Assembly (NCBI GenBank): GCA_016283195.1
Contig: JAEEML010000025.1
Location: 1-55,351 of the forward strand
DNA from: Deltaproteobacteria bacterium
GTDB lineage: Bacteria; JAEEML01
DNA: 55,351 nucleotides
Reading direction: 5' to 3'
In this document: positions 28,071 to 37,859 of the stretch, one piece after another
Numbering within the stretch: the stretch's first letter is position 1
Layout: the number at the start of each line of letters is the position of its first letter
Notes under the pieces: model-generated
What the model was told of the DNA's origin: nothing
The model's input: only the letters and a program-made list of their open reading frames with translations
The model's database searches: none
Translations under genes and position numbers: made by a program

Positions 28071-28649
28071 ATGGCAAATCTCATAGACTATGTACAAAAT
28101 AGCGATCTCGAATATGCCTGCGCCGGGCGGCCGGTATTAATCAAATCCGCTCTTAGCGAGGAGGTGGTTATTGCCGAGACTTCGGCCAAAGCACCTGCCG
28201 GTTTTGGCGGCGGGACTAATGGTTTTCCGGAGCCGACAGCTGTTTTTCACCATGAGACAATAGCTATGATGATGGCCGGTAAACATGATAAAGTTGAAGA
28301 ACTGGCCAAGCTGGTAAAGCCCGATTCTTTGGTTTTGCCGCTGGTTTCCAAAGGCGGTGTTTGGGCTAATGTTACCTTGGGACGAAGCGCTGCGGCCGAT
28401 TTACACCTTGATGATCCCACCGCATCGGTTATTCATGCCACCTTTGAAATAGGTGCTCACGATTATCCTTTTGTGATGAAGGATATGGATTCTTCCAACG
28501 GCACCTATGTAAATTGCGAGCGCATTCAGCCTTATGTGCCGGTTAATCTGGCCAGCGGTGATTGTGTGCGCTTCGGTCACTCCATTTTTTATTTTCTTAA
28601 TGATAGCCATTTTACCGATTTACTTGAACTTTTTAGAGAAAAACAGTGA
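28071..28649 (+). CDS. FHA domain protein
   Basis: VTLGRS...S..HA...DMDSSNGTYVN; AGGAGG RBS. Confidence 0.9.
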   Translation: MANLIDYVQNSDLEYACAGRPVLIKSALSEEVVIAETSAKAPAGFGGGTNGFPEPTAVFHHETIAMMMAGKHDKVEELAKLVKPDSLVLPLVSKGGVWANVTLGRSAAADLHLDDPTASVIHATFEIGAHDYPFVMKDMDSSNGTYVNCERIQPYVPVNLASGDCVRFGHSIFYFLNDSHFTDLLELFREKQ

Positions 28650-29584
28650 ATGCTACTTTAGATTGGTTGGCAACGACCTACCATACATTTTTTTCCGTTT
28701 TCTTTTTTTGCTTCGGAGCCATCATCGGCTCTTTCTTAAATGTGGTTATTTACCGTTTGCCAAACGGTCTTTCCATCGCTTGGCCCGGATCGCATTGTCC
28801 AAAGTGCAACCACCACATTTCCTGGTACGACAATGTGCCGATTTTTAGCTGGCTTATTTTGCGCGGAAAATGCCGCCACTGCCATGAGCCGATAGCTATT
28901 CGCTATCCACTAGTGGAGCTTACAGGCGCCATTTTGCTCTGGTCACTCTTTATGCATTTTGGCCTCACACCTTATTTCGTGGCTAGCGCTGTTTTGGCCC
29001 TTATGCTGCTAGCTATCTCTTTTATCGATCTGGATAATTTTTATATACCTGATGTCTTGTCTCTGCCGGGCATTGTTTTGGGCATTCTCTTTGCCCTCTG
29101 GACCGGGCAGCCAACTTGGCAGGAAGCGCTTTTGGGGGCGGTAATCGGTGCCGGAATTTTGGCTCTGGTGCTGGTTTTGTTCCAAAAAATCACCGGCCGC
29201 GAAGGCATGGGCTGGGGTGATGTAAAACTAATGGGGATGCTTGGCGCTTTTTGCGGTGTTTGGGCGCTGCCCGCCATTTTATTTATCGGATCTCTGGTGG
29301 GTATTATAGCGGCCGCCATTTGGTTGGCCGGCAATCACCGGCCTGAAGAAGCCAAAGAAAAAGAAGAAATCAAAAAAGAACAAGAGAACACGAAAAAAGC
29401 CCAAGAGGCGAAAAAGAACAAAAAAGCCAAAGAGTCTAAGCTTGTGGAAGAAGATGACGATTTTGAAATCCCGGCCGGCGCGATACCTTTTGGCCCGTTC
29501 CTTTCTATCGGGGCTCTTTCCTGGGTTTTTGCTGATAGGCTGATTATGGAGCTTTTTCAGCGCTTTCAGGAGCTCTTTATATGA
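28646..29584 (+). CDS. pilD: Prepilin peptidase / N-methyltransferase
   Basis: GSFLNVVIYRLP, CPKC...CRHC, YPLVE, FIDLD, GMGWGDVKL, IPFGPFL. Confidence 0.95.
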   Translation: MNATLDWLATTYHTFFSVFFFCFGAIIGSFLNVVIYRLPNGLSIAWPGSHCPKCNHHISWYDNVPIFSWLILRGKCRHCHEPIAIRYPLVELTGAILLWSLFMHFGLTPYFVASAVLALMLLAISFIDLDNFYIPDVLSLPGIVLGILFALWTGQPTWQEALLGAVIGAGILALVLVLFQKITGREGMGWGDVKLMGMLGAFCGVWALPAILFIGSLVGIIAAAIWLAGNHRPEEAKEKEEIKKEQENTKKAQEAKKNKKAKESKLVEEDDDFEIPAGAIPFGPFLSIGALSWVFADRLIMELFQRFQELFI

Positions 29585-31008
29585 GGCGCCATTTAGTGGC
29601 TCTTTTGAGCACGGCTTTCGGTACCGCGCTTTTTATTATTACTATACTGGCCATGAGCGCGCTATTTACCAATCTGCGCGAGGAGCGGGCCTACAGCGCT
29701 TTGCAAAAAGCCTCACTGGTAGCCACGCTGGCCGGCGCCAGCAATATGCCGGCAGAAGCGCTTATAAGCGAGATGCAAAAGCACCTTGCTCTTTTGGGGC
29801 AAGAAGTAGCCATTACCGACCAAAACGGCCAAATAATTGCTGGTAGTGATGAGGCGCTTACAGGGCAAAATATTGCCGGTTTTAGTTTGCCTCTTTTCCG
29901 CGATGCCTCTCTGCCGCCTATTGATGTGCGGGCGGCTTATTACAGTGCGCCAATTTTGCGCAACAACAAATTTAACGGTTATGTACTGGTAAAGCAGAAT
30001 TTTTCGGCCACCGCCGCCGGTGTTTCCAAACGCAGCCACCTTTTAATCGGTACGGCTCTCATACTCTTTATTTTACTGGTCATAGCCAGTGATTTAATGG
30101 TGCGGCGCATTATTTTCAGGCCGGTTAATCGCCTGGAAAAAATTGTGGCTTCTTGCGGATTTTCCGACTTGCTGAGTGCCGATAAAGAGAGCCACGAACT
30201 ATCGACTCTTGGCCACACTATTGCTCAAATGAATATTAAACTCCAGGAAGATCGCGATTTTCAAAAAGAGCAACTGGAAAAATTAAAAGAAGCCCACCAT
30301 GAACTTGAGATTACAAAAACGGCTCTTACTTCGGCCGAGCGCGTAGCTTTTGCCGGGCGCCTGGCCTCTTCAATAGCGCATGATGTGGGCAATCCGCTGG
30401 GAGTGGTGCAGGGCTATTTAACTATGCTGGAAGCTCTTAATAGCAGCGAACAGCACCTGGTTATTCAAAAAATGCAACGCGAGTTGGATCGCATTACCTC
30501 GGCTATCCACTCTTTGCTGGATGTCAGCAGACCGATAACTTTGGAACGCGCACCGCTGGAAATAGCACCGTGGCTGGCAGCATTATGCGAAAATTTAACT
30601 AAAATGGCCCGGCTCACCGGCGTATCTCTCAGCCTGGAAAATTCCCTGCCGGCCGGTTTTACTTTTTCTCTGGATAAAGAGCGCCTGACAGCTGTTTTAG
30701 AAAATTTAATTATAAACGCGGCCGATGCCATGAATAGTAATAGTGCGGATAAAGAGCGCAAAATAAGAATAACGGCGGCTTTAAATGATAAAAATTTGAA
30801 AATTAATATAATAGATAACGGCCCGGGTATAAGCCAGGAAAACCGCGAAAAAGTTTTTGAGCCTTTCTTCTCTACCAAACCGGCCAACAGGGGTAGCGGG
30901 CTCGGTTTATATACGGCCAAACAAATAATTGAGCTGCATGGCGGAAAAATAAGTTTGACGAATGAAATAGATGGTGGCCTTAATGTTGCAGTTCTGCTCG
31001 CGGCGTGA
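29581..31008 (+). CDS. Membrane sensor histidine kinase (PilS2-like by position)
   Basis: Two TMs; H-box IAHDVGNPL, N-box NLIINA, DNGPGI, FEPFFSTK, GSGLGL. Overlaps the pilD stop. Confidence 0.9.
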   Translation: MRRHLVALLSTAFGTALFIITILAMSALFTNLREERAYSALQKASLVATLAGASNMPAEALISEMQKHLALLGQEVAITDQNGQIIAGSDEALTGQNIAGFSLPLFRDASLPPIDVRAAYYSAPILRNNKFNGYVLVKQNFSATAAGVSKRSHLLIGTALILFILLVIASDLMVRRIIFRPVNRLEKIVASCGFSDLLSADKESHELSTLGHTIAQMNIKLQEDRDFQKEQLEKLKEAHHELEITKTALTSAERVAFAGRLASSIAHDVGNPLGVVQGYLTMLEALNSSEQHLVIQKMQRELDRITSAIHSLLDVSRPITLERAPLEIAPWLAALCENLTKMARLTGVSLSLENSLPAGFTFSLDKERLTAVLENLIINAADAMNSNSADKERKIRITAALNDKNLKINIIDNGPGISQENREKVFEPFFSTKPANRGSGLGLYTAKQIIELHGGKISLTNEIDGGLNVAVLLAA

Positions 31009-31105
31009 TATGTTAATCTCGTTCGCATGTGAGACGCATCCTGCAGACTCTCTGGAGCTTGCGGCGCGTTAGAATTGTAAACCCTAGCAAAGGAAGCGTA
31101 AGTAC

Positions 31106-31624
31106 ATGAAAATTTACCGCAAATTAATCCCAAGCATTGCTAAGGAAATTGTTCGTAACCTTTTAAATGAGAAACTGATTGAGGTCATTGATGGTCACCG
31201 CGATGATGCCGAATTGGATATTTGCGGCGTTCTGGTGAATTTTCTGAATGAAGAAGAGCGCCTGAACAGTGATGCTCGTGATCTCATCAAGCACCGCGGT
31301 TTGCCAATTGAAAAGCTGGGTATTGTTAAGAAGAACCTGGCTGAAAGCCGCAATTTCGCTGTTGGTGATGAGGCTGCCGATTGGATTCTCGAAAAAATGG
31401 TCGATGCTCTTTTTGCCTCAAATCACATTGGCGAAGTATATGCCGAAGATCACGATTTGAAACGCGTTATCAATGCTGTGCTTCGGCGTTATCAGGGTGT
31501 TGATGAACAAATCGATAAAGATGTGCGGGCGCGTCTCCGCCATGTGCGTGAAGGAACGCCCGAATGGGAAGTAGAATACGAGCGCATTATCGGTCAAATG
31601 CGTCGCACCCATGGAGTTGCCTAA
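31106..31624 (+). CDS. DUF507 family protein
   Basis: Resembles the deltaproteobacterial DUF507 family (MKIY..., IDKDVRARLRHVREGTPEWEVEY). Confidence 0.75.
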   Translation: MKIYRKLIPSIAKEIVRNLLNEKLIEVIDGHRDDAELDICGVLVNFLNEEERLNSDARDLIKHRGLPIEKLGIVKKNLAESRNFAVGDEAADWILEKMVDALFASNHIGEVYAEDHDLKRVINAVLRRYQGVDEQIDKDVRARLRHVREGTPEWEVEYERIIGQMRRTHGVA

Positions 31625-31630
31625 GCGAAC

Positions 31631-32338
31631 ATGCCATCGGTATTTTTACTGCTGGATTCATCAACAGCAAACAGTGCGTGGGCTTTTGTGCGTGCAGGTG
31701 AGCTGGTAGCCGGAGGAAACGAAATAGCTCCTCCATCGGCCAGTGTTACTTTGGCGGCCCACCTTGAAGCTATCTTTCGCGAGCATAAAGAGCTACTTAG
31801 CGAGCTTGCTGGCGTTTATGTGGGCACGGGGCCCGGTAGTTTTACCGGTCTTAGAGTGGCTTTGGCTCTGGGGAAGGGCATTGCTTATGCCTCACATGTG
31901 CCGCTTAGAGGCTTTTCATCTCTCCTTGCTATAGCTTATAGCGCTTGGTCACAAAAACCAAATGCGCCTTATGTGGCAGCCATTATTGATGCCAAAAAAA
32001 GTGAGATTTACGGCGCGCTCTATCAGGTAAAAGATGGGGAATTACAAGAAGTAATAGCTCCTAAAGCTTATAACCCGGCCGCTTTTTCCAGTGAAGTGGC
32101 TAATAAGCTTAATGGTGATAAAGTGCTGCTTTGCGGTACCGGGCTTTCTTTGGTGCAAATTGATAATTGCCAAAAGCTGGATATTGCCGCTACTGCTGAT
32201 GGACTAGCCAAGTTGCTGAATATTTTACCGAAACAAAAAATGGACGAAGGAGAACTTTACAATTCTTGGAATTTGCGTCCATTTTACGCTAGACTGTCGG
32301 AGGCGGAAATCGGCCTCCTGGAGCGGGAGAAAAAATGA
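31631..32338 (+). CDS. tsaB: tRNA threonylcarbamoyladenosine biosynthesis protein TsaB
   Basis: LLDSST, GPGSFTGLRV, IDAKKSEIY, P.YARLSEAE. Confidence 0.93.
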   Translation: MPSVFLLLDSSTANSAWAFVRAGELVAGGNEIAPPSASVTLAAHLEAIFREHKELLSELAGVYVGTGPGSFTGLRVALALGKGIAYASHVPLRGFSSLLAIAYSAWSQKPNAPYVAAIIDAKKSEIYGALYQVKDGELQEVIAPKAYNPAAFSSEVANKLNGDKVLLCGTGLSLVQIDNCQKLDIAATADGLAKLLNILPKQKMDEGELYNSWNLRPFYARLSEAEIGLLEREKK

Positions 32339-32919
32339 AAAAGAATTTGTGGCTTTTAAGTATTGCGCTAATGGCAATGAGTTTTTCCGCTTGCTCAAAG
32401 CCGGGTACTGCGGCTCTTGGTAAGCCGCGAGCTGTTTTAGCAACAAATATGGGTGATATCACCCTGGAACTCGCCCCGGAACATGCGCCGCTCTCGGTTA
32501 AAAATTTCCAGCAATATTGCAAAGATGGCCACTATGATGGCACTATTTTTCACCGCGTTATTTCCACTTTTATGATTCAGGGCGGCGGTTTTACTGCCGA
32601 CATGGTGCAAAAACCCACCAGAGAGCCCATAAAAAATGAAGCACAAAATGGCCTTTCCAATGTGCGCGGCAGTGTGGCTATGGCCAGGACCGCTATTGTT
32701 GATAGTGCCACCGCTCAGTTTTATATCAATGTCGTGGATAATAAATTCCTCGATTTTAGAGCACCGGATCCCAGAAATTTTGGCTATGCAGTATTCGGAT
32801 CGGTAGTACAAGGAATGGAAGTAGTCGATAAAATTAAGGAAGTCCAGGTGGCAACCAAAAATGGAATGGAGAATGTTCCCGTTTCACCGATAATTATTAA
32901 TAGTTGCCAGCTTAAGTAG
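32335..32919 (+). CDS. ppiA: Cyclophilin-type peptidyl-prolyl isomerase, lipoprotein
   Basis: Lipobox FSAC; YDGTIFHRVI..FMIQGGG, VAMART, SATAQFYIN, GYAVFG. Confidence 0.93.
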   Translation: MKKNLWLLSIALMAMSFSACSKPGTAALGKPRAVLATNMGDITLELAPEHAPLSVKNFQQYCKDGHYDGTIFHRVISTFMIQGGGFTADMVQKPTREPIKNEAQNGLSNVRGSVAMARTAIVDSATAQFYINVVDNKFLDFRAPDPRNFGYAVFGSVVQGMEVVDKIKEVQVATKNGMENVPVSPIIINSCQLK

Positions 32920-32952
32920 TAAATAAGGTTTCTTCTTTTAGGAGCTGATACC

Positions 32953-35901
32953 GTGGCGATCAATAAAGAAAAAGTATTACAAAATGCCCAAAAGTATTTC
33001 TTGAAAGGCGCAATTGATAAAGCTGTAAAAGAGTATCAGAAAATTATCGAAGAAGATCCCAATGATGTGCGTGTTTTGCTGAAAATCGGCGATTTACACA
33101 CCAAGTTGGGCGAGACTTCCGAGGCGACAAAAGCCTATTTGCAAGTGGCTGATTTTTATTCTAATCAGGGCTTTTATTTAAAAGCTGTTGCCGTTTATAA
33201 GCAAGTGCTCAAAATAGATGATACCCTGGTTGAGGTAAATGCGAAATTAGCTGAGCTATATCAGCAACTTGGGCTTATTGGCGATGCCATTACCCAATAT
33301 CAGCAAGTGGCGGTGCAGGCCGAGCGGGCAGGTAATAATCAGGAAGCGCTGGAAATACTGCGCAAGATGATTGACTTGGAGCCGGAAAATGTGCCCTGCC
33401 GCATTAAGCTGGGCGAGCTTTTGGCCAAAGAGGGTATGCGCAAAGAGGCTATTCGCGAGTTTGCTTTGGCCTCAGAAACCATCAAAAAGCAAGGGCGTAT
33501 AGATGACTATATGCGCGTTGCCGAGCGCCTCTCACACCTCTTACCGGAAAATGTGCAACTAATTCAGCAACTTGCAAATTATTATGTGCAAAAGGGCGAT
33601 GTAAAAAGAGCGCTTTCCAAGCTGCAAATTTGTTTCCGCTATGCTCCGCAAGATGTAATGACTCTGGGGCTTTTGAGCGAAGCTTTTGTGCGCCTTGGGC
33701 AAAATGATAAAGCTGTTTCCGTTTACCGTGAGCTTATTAAGATTCATAAAGCGCGGGGCGATATTGCTCCGGCTTTTGCTTATGCCGATAAACTCTTGGC
33801 TTTAAAGCCCGATGACCCGGAGTGCTTGGAGTTAACCGGCCGAAAGGCTCCGGAAAGTCAAGTGCCGGCCCCCGAAGAGACATTTACCGATATTAGCGGC
33901 AGCGCTCTTGATTTTACTTTGCCGCCTCCGCCCACAGATATGGACGGCATGATGATGCCCTTGGACGAGATGGAAGTTTCGGTAAAACCTGTAGGCGCAG
34001 GGAATGAGTCTCCGCAAGTGCTGGGGCGCATTGTCGCCAACAAGAAGAGTGTCAGCGAATTGACTAATATAACTATCCCCGGTGGCGGTGCGTCTTTTAT
34101 GCCTCCTCCTACTGAGGAAGATAATAGCGAATTTGAGCGACTCTTTGGCGAAGTAAAAGTCTTTTTGCAATATGGCCTTAAAAGCAAAGCCTTTGAGCAG
34201 CTGAAGACTTTGATGCGCCGTTTTCCCAGGCAGGCCGGCGGTTGGAAAGAATACCGCGAATTAGCCATTGCTCTAGGCAATGATTTTGAACGGCAAAAGG
34301 CCGAATCGGCTTTGGCTTCTCTTGGTATTACCTCATTTGATAGTGAGGTTGAAGAGCCGGCGGCGGCTCAGGCACCGGAGGTAGCAACACCAGTGGTGGT
34401 AGCTCCGGTAACCGAGCCTAAGCCCCAAGAAGAAGAGGATGGCGAAGAGTCCATTGATGTGGATATTTCTTCCGGCGATGAAATAGAAATCGATCTTGAC
34501 GGCGAAGAAGAGCCGGAAGAAGAAGTGGCCGAAGAGCCGGCGGCAGAAATGCCTATTATGCCGGTGGCGCCCATTAGCTTGGCTGAGAAACCGGTGGCAG
34601 AAATGCCTATTATGCCGGTGGCGCCCATTAGCTTGGCTGAGGAACCGGTGGCAGAAATGCCTATTATGCCGGTGGCGCCCATTAGTTTGGCTGAAGAGCC
34701 GGCGGCAGAAATGCCTATTATGCCGGTAGCGCCGATTATGCCGCTAGAACCGCTGCAACTTGCCGATATATCACCGGATATAGCCGAAACACCAACACCG
34801 GCTCCCTCTGCTCCGGCAGTAGATGATGGCGATTTCAACCTTGGCGCCGAACTTGATGATATAGTTCTTGAACTCAATGAAAGTGCCCCCGCAACTAATG
34901 AGCCGGATAACGATGACCAAATTTCCATGCACGAAGTGCTGGAAGAGTTTAAGCGCGGTGTAGCGGCTACCGTTTCCGATGAGGATTATACCACTCACTA
35001 TGATTTGGGCCAGGCTTACAAGGAGATGGGCCTTATTGACGAAGCTATCTTCGAATTTGAAAAAGCCGCCCAGTTTACTGCCAAAGAAGTTGACGCCTTA
35101 ACCATGATCGGCCTTTGTTATGCCGATAGCGGCAGAGCGGAAAAAGCGGTCGAAGTATTTAAAAAAGCTCTTAATTCCGATAAAATACAGGCTAATCAGA
35201 GAATTGGCCTGCGCTATGAACTTGCCAATGCTTTGGAGCTCGAGGGCAATAAAAAAGAAGCTTTGCAACTGTTTCAGAATGTTCATGAAGCCAATCCTGA
35301 CTACCGCGATGTAACGGCGCGCTGCGAAGCTTTGAAAAAACAAATGCATCCCCAGGAAACACCGCTAAATGTGGTAGCTACCGATGAGCCGACTTTTGAC
35401 CCATCACAACTGCTCTTTGATGATGATGACCTAGGGAAAGAAGTTGAAACAGCGCCTGCACCGGCTCCTGTTGCGGTTCCGGCTCCCGCTCCGGCTCCCA
35501 AGCCGCAGGCTACTCCAGCCCAGGAGCCGGTTATTTCGGTTATGCGCACCGCTACGCGCGATATTCACGAAGAAGCTACTATTCCCGGGCTCAGAGTGCC
35601 ACAGGATTTGCTTAATGAGATTGCTGCCGATGAAGCTAAAAAAGCTCAAGTAGCGCCGGCACCCGCGCCGGCACCAACGCCAGCGCCGGCTCCCAAACAG
35701 CCGGTTAAACAGCCGGTGGCACCGGCTACTAAGCCCACTGCTAAAGACCACGATAGCCGCCTTAATGCCTTACTTGGTGATTTGGATCTTGGGCTCATTA
35801 CCAAAAAAACTTCTTCCACTTCCAAAGCTGCAGGCTCTGGTGGCGAACAACGGAAAAGCGGCACACCCTCCGAAGTAAAGCACAAAATCGGATTTTTATA
35901 A
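32953..35901 (+). CDS. SgmX-like TPR protein (type IV pilus polarity/activation)
   Basis: N-terminal TPR array (NKEKVLQNAQKY...GFYLKAVAVYKQVLK), acidic linker and C-terminal TPRs (EEFKRGV...THYDLGQAYKEMGLIDEAI), matching the myxobacterial SgmX architecture. Confidence 0.75.
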   Translation: MAINKEKVLQNAQKYFLKGAIDKAVKEYQKIIEEDPNDVRVLLKIGDLHTKLGETSEATKAYLQVADFYSNQGFYLKAVAVYKQVLKIDDTLVEVNAKLAELYQQLGLIGDAITQYQQVAVQAERAGNNQEALEILRKMIDLEPENVPCRIKLGELLAKEGMRKEAIREFALASETIKKQGRIDDYMRVAERLSHLLPENVQLIQQLANYYVQKGDVKRALSKLQICFRYAPQDVMTLGLLSEAFVRLGQNDKAVSVYRELIKIHKARGDIAPAFAYADKLLALKPDDPECLELTGRKAPESQVPAPEETFTDISGSALDFTLPPPPTDMDGMMMPLDEMEVSVKPVGAGNESPQVLGRIVANKKSVSELTNITIPGGGASFMPPPTEEDNSEFERLFGEVKVFLQYGLKSKAFEQLKTLMRRFPRQAGGWKEYRELAIALGNDFERQKAESALASLGITSFDSEVEEPAAAQAPEVATPVVVAPVTEPKPQEEEDGEESIDVDISSGDEIEIDLDGEEEPEEEVAEEPAAEMPIMPVAPISLAEKPVAEMPIMPVAPISLAEEPVAEMPIMPVAPISLAEEPAAEMPIMPVAPIMPLEPLQLADISPDIAETPTPAPSAPAVDDGDFNLGAELDDIVLELNESAPATNEPDNDDQISMHEVLEEFKRGVAATVSDEDYTTHYDLGQAYKEMGLIDEAIFEFEKAAQFTAKEVDALTMIGLCYADSGRAEKAVEVFKKALNSDKIQANQRIGLRYELANALELEGNKKEALQLFQNVHEANPDYRDVTARCEALKKQMHPQETPLNVVATDEPTFDPSQLLFDDDDLGKEVETAPAPAPVAVPAPAPAPKPQATPAQEPVISVMRTATRDIHEEATIPGLRVPQDLLNEIAADEAKKAQVAPAPAPAPTPAPAPKQPVKQPVAPATKPTAKDHDSRLNALLGDLDLGLITKKTSSTSKAAGSGGEQRKSGTPSEVKHKIGFL
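34531..34737 (+). repeat. 54-bp coding tandem repeat, about 3.8 copies (E[E/K]P[A/V]AEMPIMPVAPISLA)
   Basis: Units start at 34531, 34585, 34639 and 34693 and are near-identical at DNA level. Confidence 0.95.
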
Positions 35902-35947
35902 GCACTATATGAATTCTGTTACCTATTTGTATTTTGGATAATTTAAG

Positions 35948-37843
35948 ATGAGTGATGTGATAAGCCAAGATGAGATTTTAGTGGCCGCTGCCGAAGCGGA
36001 CGCTACTGCCACTAAAGTCGCTTATGATGAAAATGCCATTAAGACGCTGGATCCTTTGGCCCATATCCGCTTGCGCACCGGTATGTATATCGGCCGCATC
36101 GGCGACGGCTCCACGCCAAACGATGGTATTTATGTGCTTTTAAAGGAAGTTATCGATAATTCCATAGACGAATTTATTATGGGGCAGGGTAAGCGCGTGG
36201 TGATAAGGCGTGATAATCGCACCATCTCCGTGCGCGATTATGGGCGCGGTATTCCGCTCGGCAAATTGGTGGAATGTGTCAGCATAATCAATACCGGCGG
36301 CAAATATAATGATGATGTTTTTCAGTTTTCGGTGGGTTTAAACGGCGTCGGCACCAAAGCAGTAAATGCTCTTTCCGAATCTTTTGAAGTTATAAGCTAT
36401 CGCGATAAAGAATTTCGCCGCGCCCTCTTTTCTCGCGGAAAACTACTGGAGGAAACTTCCGGCACCACCACAGAAATGAACGGCACTTTTGTGAGATTTA
36501 CGCCTGATGCGGAAATTTTTGGCGAATATGCTTTTAACGATGCCTTCATCGCCCGCCGCCTGCGTTATTATGCTTACCTGAATACCGGCCTCAAGCTGGT
36601 TTATTACAGCAGCACCGGCAACAAAGAGACTTTTTCTTCCGAAGACGGCCTCATTGATTTATTAAAAGAAGAAATCGGTGAAACCGAGCTGATTTACGAT
36701 ATTGTGCATATAAAAGCCGACCACCTGGAAGCCGCTTTTACCCACTTGCAGAGCGGCTACGGCGAAAAGTATTTCAGCTTTGTCAACGGGCAATACACCA
36801 GCGACGGCGGCACCCATCAGGCCGCTTTCCGCGAAGGCCTTTTAAAGGGCGTCAACGAATATGCGCAAAAGAATTATGCCGGTGAGGATGTGCGCGAATG
36901 TATTGTCGGCGCTATTTCCATCAAAATAAAGGACCCGGTTTTTGAAAGCCAAACCAAAAACAAATTGGGCTCCACTGAGGTAAAAGGTTGGATTATAAAG
37001 ACAATTAAGGATGAGGTTGACCTCTGGTTGCACAAAAACGAAGAGGTGGCCAAGGCTCTTATTTCCAAAATCGAGCGCAACGAAAAGCTGCGTAAAGAGC
37101 TCTCGGCGGTGCGTAGCAAAGCCAAGGAGCTGACCCGCAAAACAGCCATCCATATTCCTAAGCTCACCGACTCTAAATTTCACTTTAACGACCAGAGCGG
37201 CGACCGGCGCGAAGATACCATGATCTTCCTCACCGAAGGTGATTCCGCCGGTGGTGCCATGGTGCAATCCCGCGATGTGATGACCCAGGCCATATTTCGC
37301 CTTAGAGGCAAAGTAAAAAATACCTATGGCGAAAAGCGCGATGTTATTTATAAAGTTGAAGAATTATATAACATTATGAAGGCGCTTGGCGTGGAGGATT
37401 CCACCGAAAATCTGCGCTACAATAAGGTGGTAATCGCCACCGATGCCGATGATGACGGTATGCACATACGCCTGCTTTTGCTCACTTATTTTCTGCTCTT
37501 TTTTGAAGATTTAGTAATAACTGGGCATATTTATATTTTAGAGACGCCACTTTTCCGCGTGCGCAACAAAAAAGAAACTCTCTATTGTTACACCGAAGCG
37601 GAGCGCGATGCCGCTATCAAAAAACTTAAGGGTACGCCGGAAGTGACGCGCTTTAAAGGTTTGGGTGAAATCAGCCCCGATGAGTTTAAGCCGTTTTTAG
37701 GTGAAAAAATGCGCCTTATTCAGGTAAACTCCGGTTCTTTGGGGCAAATGGGCGACACACTCAAATTCCTTATGGGCGATAATACGCCCAAACGCCGTGA
37801 TTTTATTATGCAAAATCTTATTTCCGATATTGCCATAGGCTGA
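35948..37843 (+). CDS. parE: Type IIA topoisomerase B subunit (Topo IV ParE-like)
   Basis: GMYIG, EVIDNSIDE, DYGRGIP, GLNGVG, TEGDSA, DADDDG TOPRIM, RFKGLGE; short form. Confidence 0.88.
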   Translation: MSDVISQDEILVAAAEADATATKVAYDENAIKTLDPLAHIRLRTGMYIGRIGDGSTPNDGIYVLLKEVIDNSIDEFIMGQGKRVVIRRDNRTISVRDYGRGIPLGKLVECVSIINTGGKYNDDVFQFSVGLNGVGTKAVNALSESFEVISYRDKEFRRALFSRGKLLEETSGTTTEMNGTFVRFTPDAEIFGEYAFNDAFIARRLRYYAYLNTGLKLVYYSSTGNKETFSSEDGLIDLLKEEIGETELIYDIVHIKADHLEAAFTHLQSGYGEKYFSFVNGQYTSDGGTHQAAFREGLLKGVNEYAQKNYAGEDVRECIVGAISIKIKDPVFESQTKNKLGSTEVKGWIIKTIKDEVDLWLHKNEEVAKALISKIERNEKLRKELSAVRSKAKELTRKTAIHIPKLTDSKFHFNDQSGDRREDTMIFLTEGDSAGGAMVQSRDVMTQAIFRLRGKVKNTYGEKRDVIYKVEELYNIMKALGVEDSTENLRYNKVVIATDADDDGMHIRLLLLTYFLLFFEDLVITGHIYILETPLFRVRNKKETLYCYTEAERDAAIKKLKGTPEVTRFKGLGEISPDEFKPFLGEKMRLIQVNSGSLGQMGDTLKFLMGDNTPKRRDFIMQNLISDIAIG

Positions 37844-37859
37844 CCGGTGGAGGTGGTAT

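Noticed and set aside
31009-31105. Possible structured RNA before the DUF507 gene
   Set aside because: Only an imperfect G-U-rich hairpin with no match to any family I recognise; not distinguishable from chance.
34531-34737. 54-bp and 96-bp repeats as CRISPR arrays
   Set aside because: They are contiguous in-frame coding repeats without unique spacers, and no cas genes are present.
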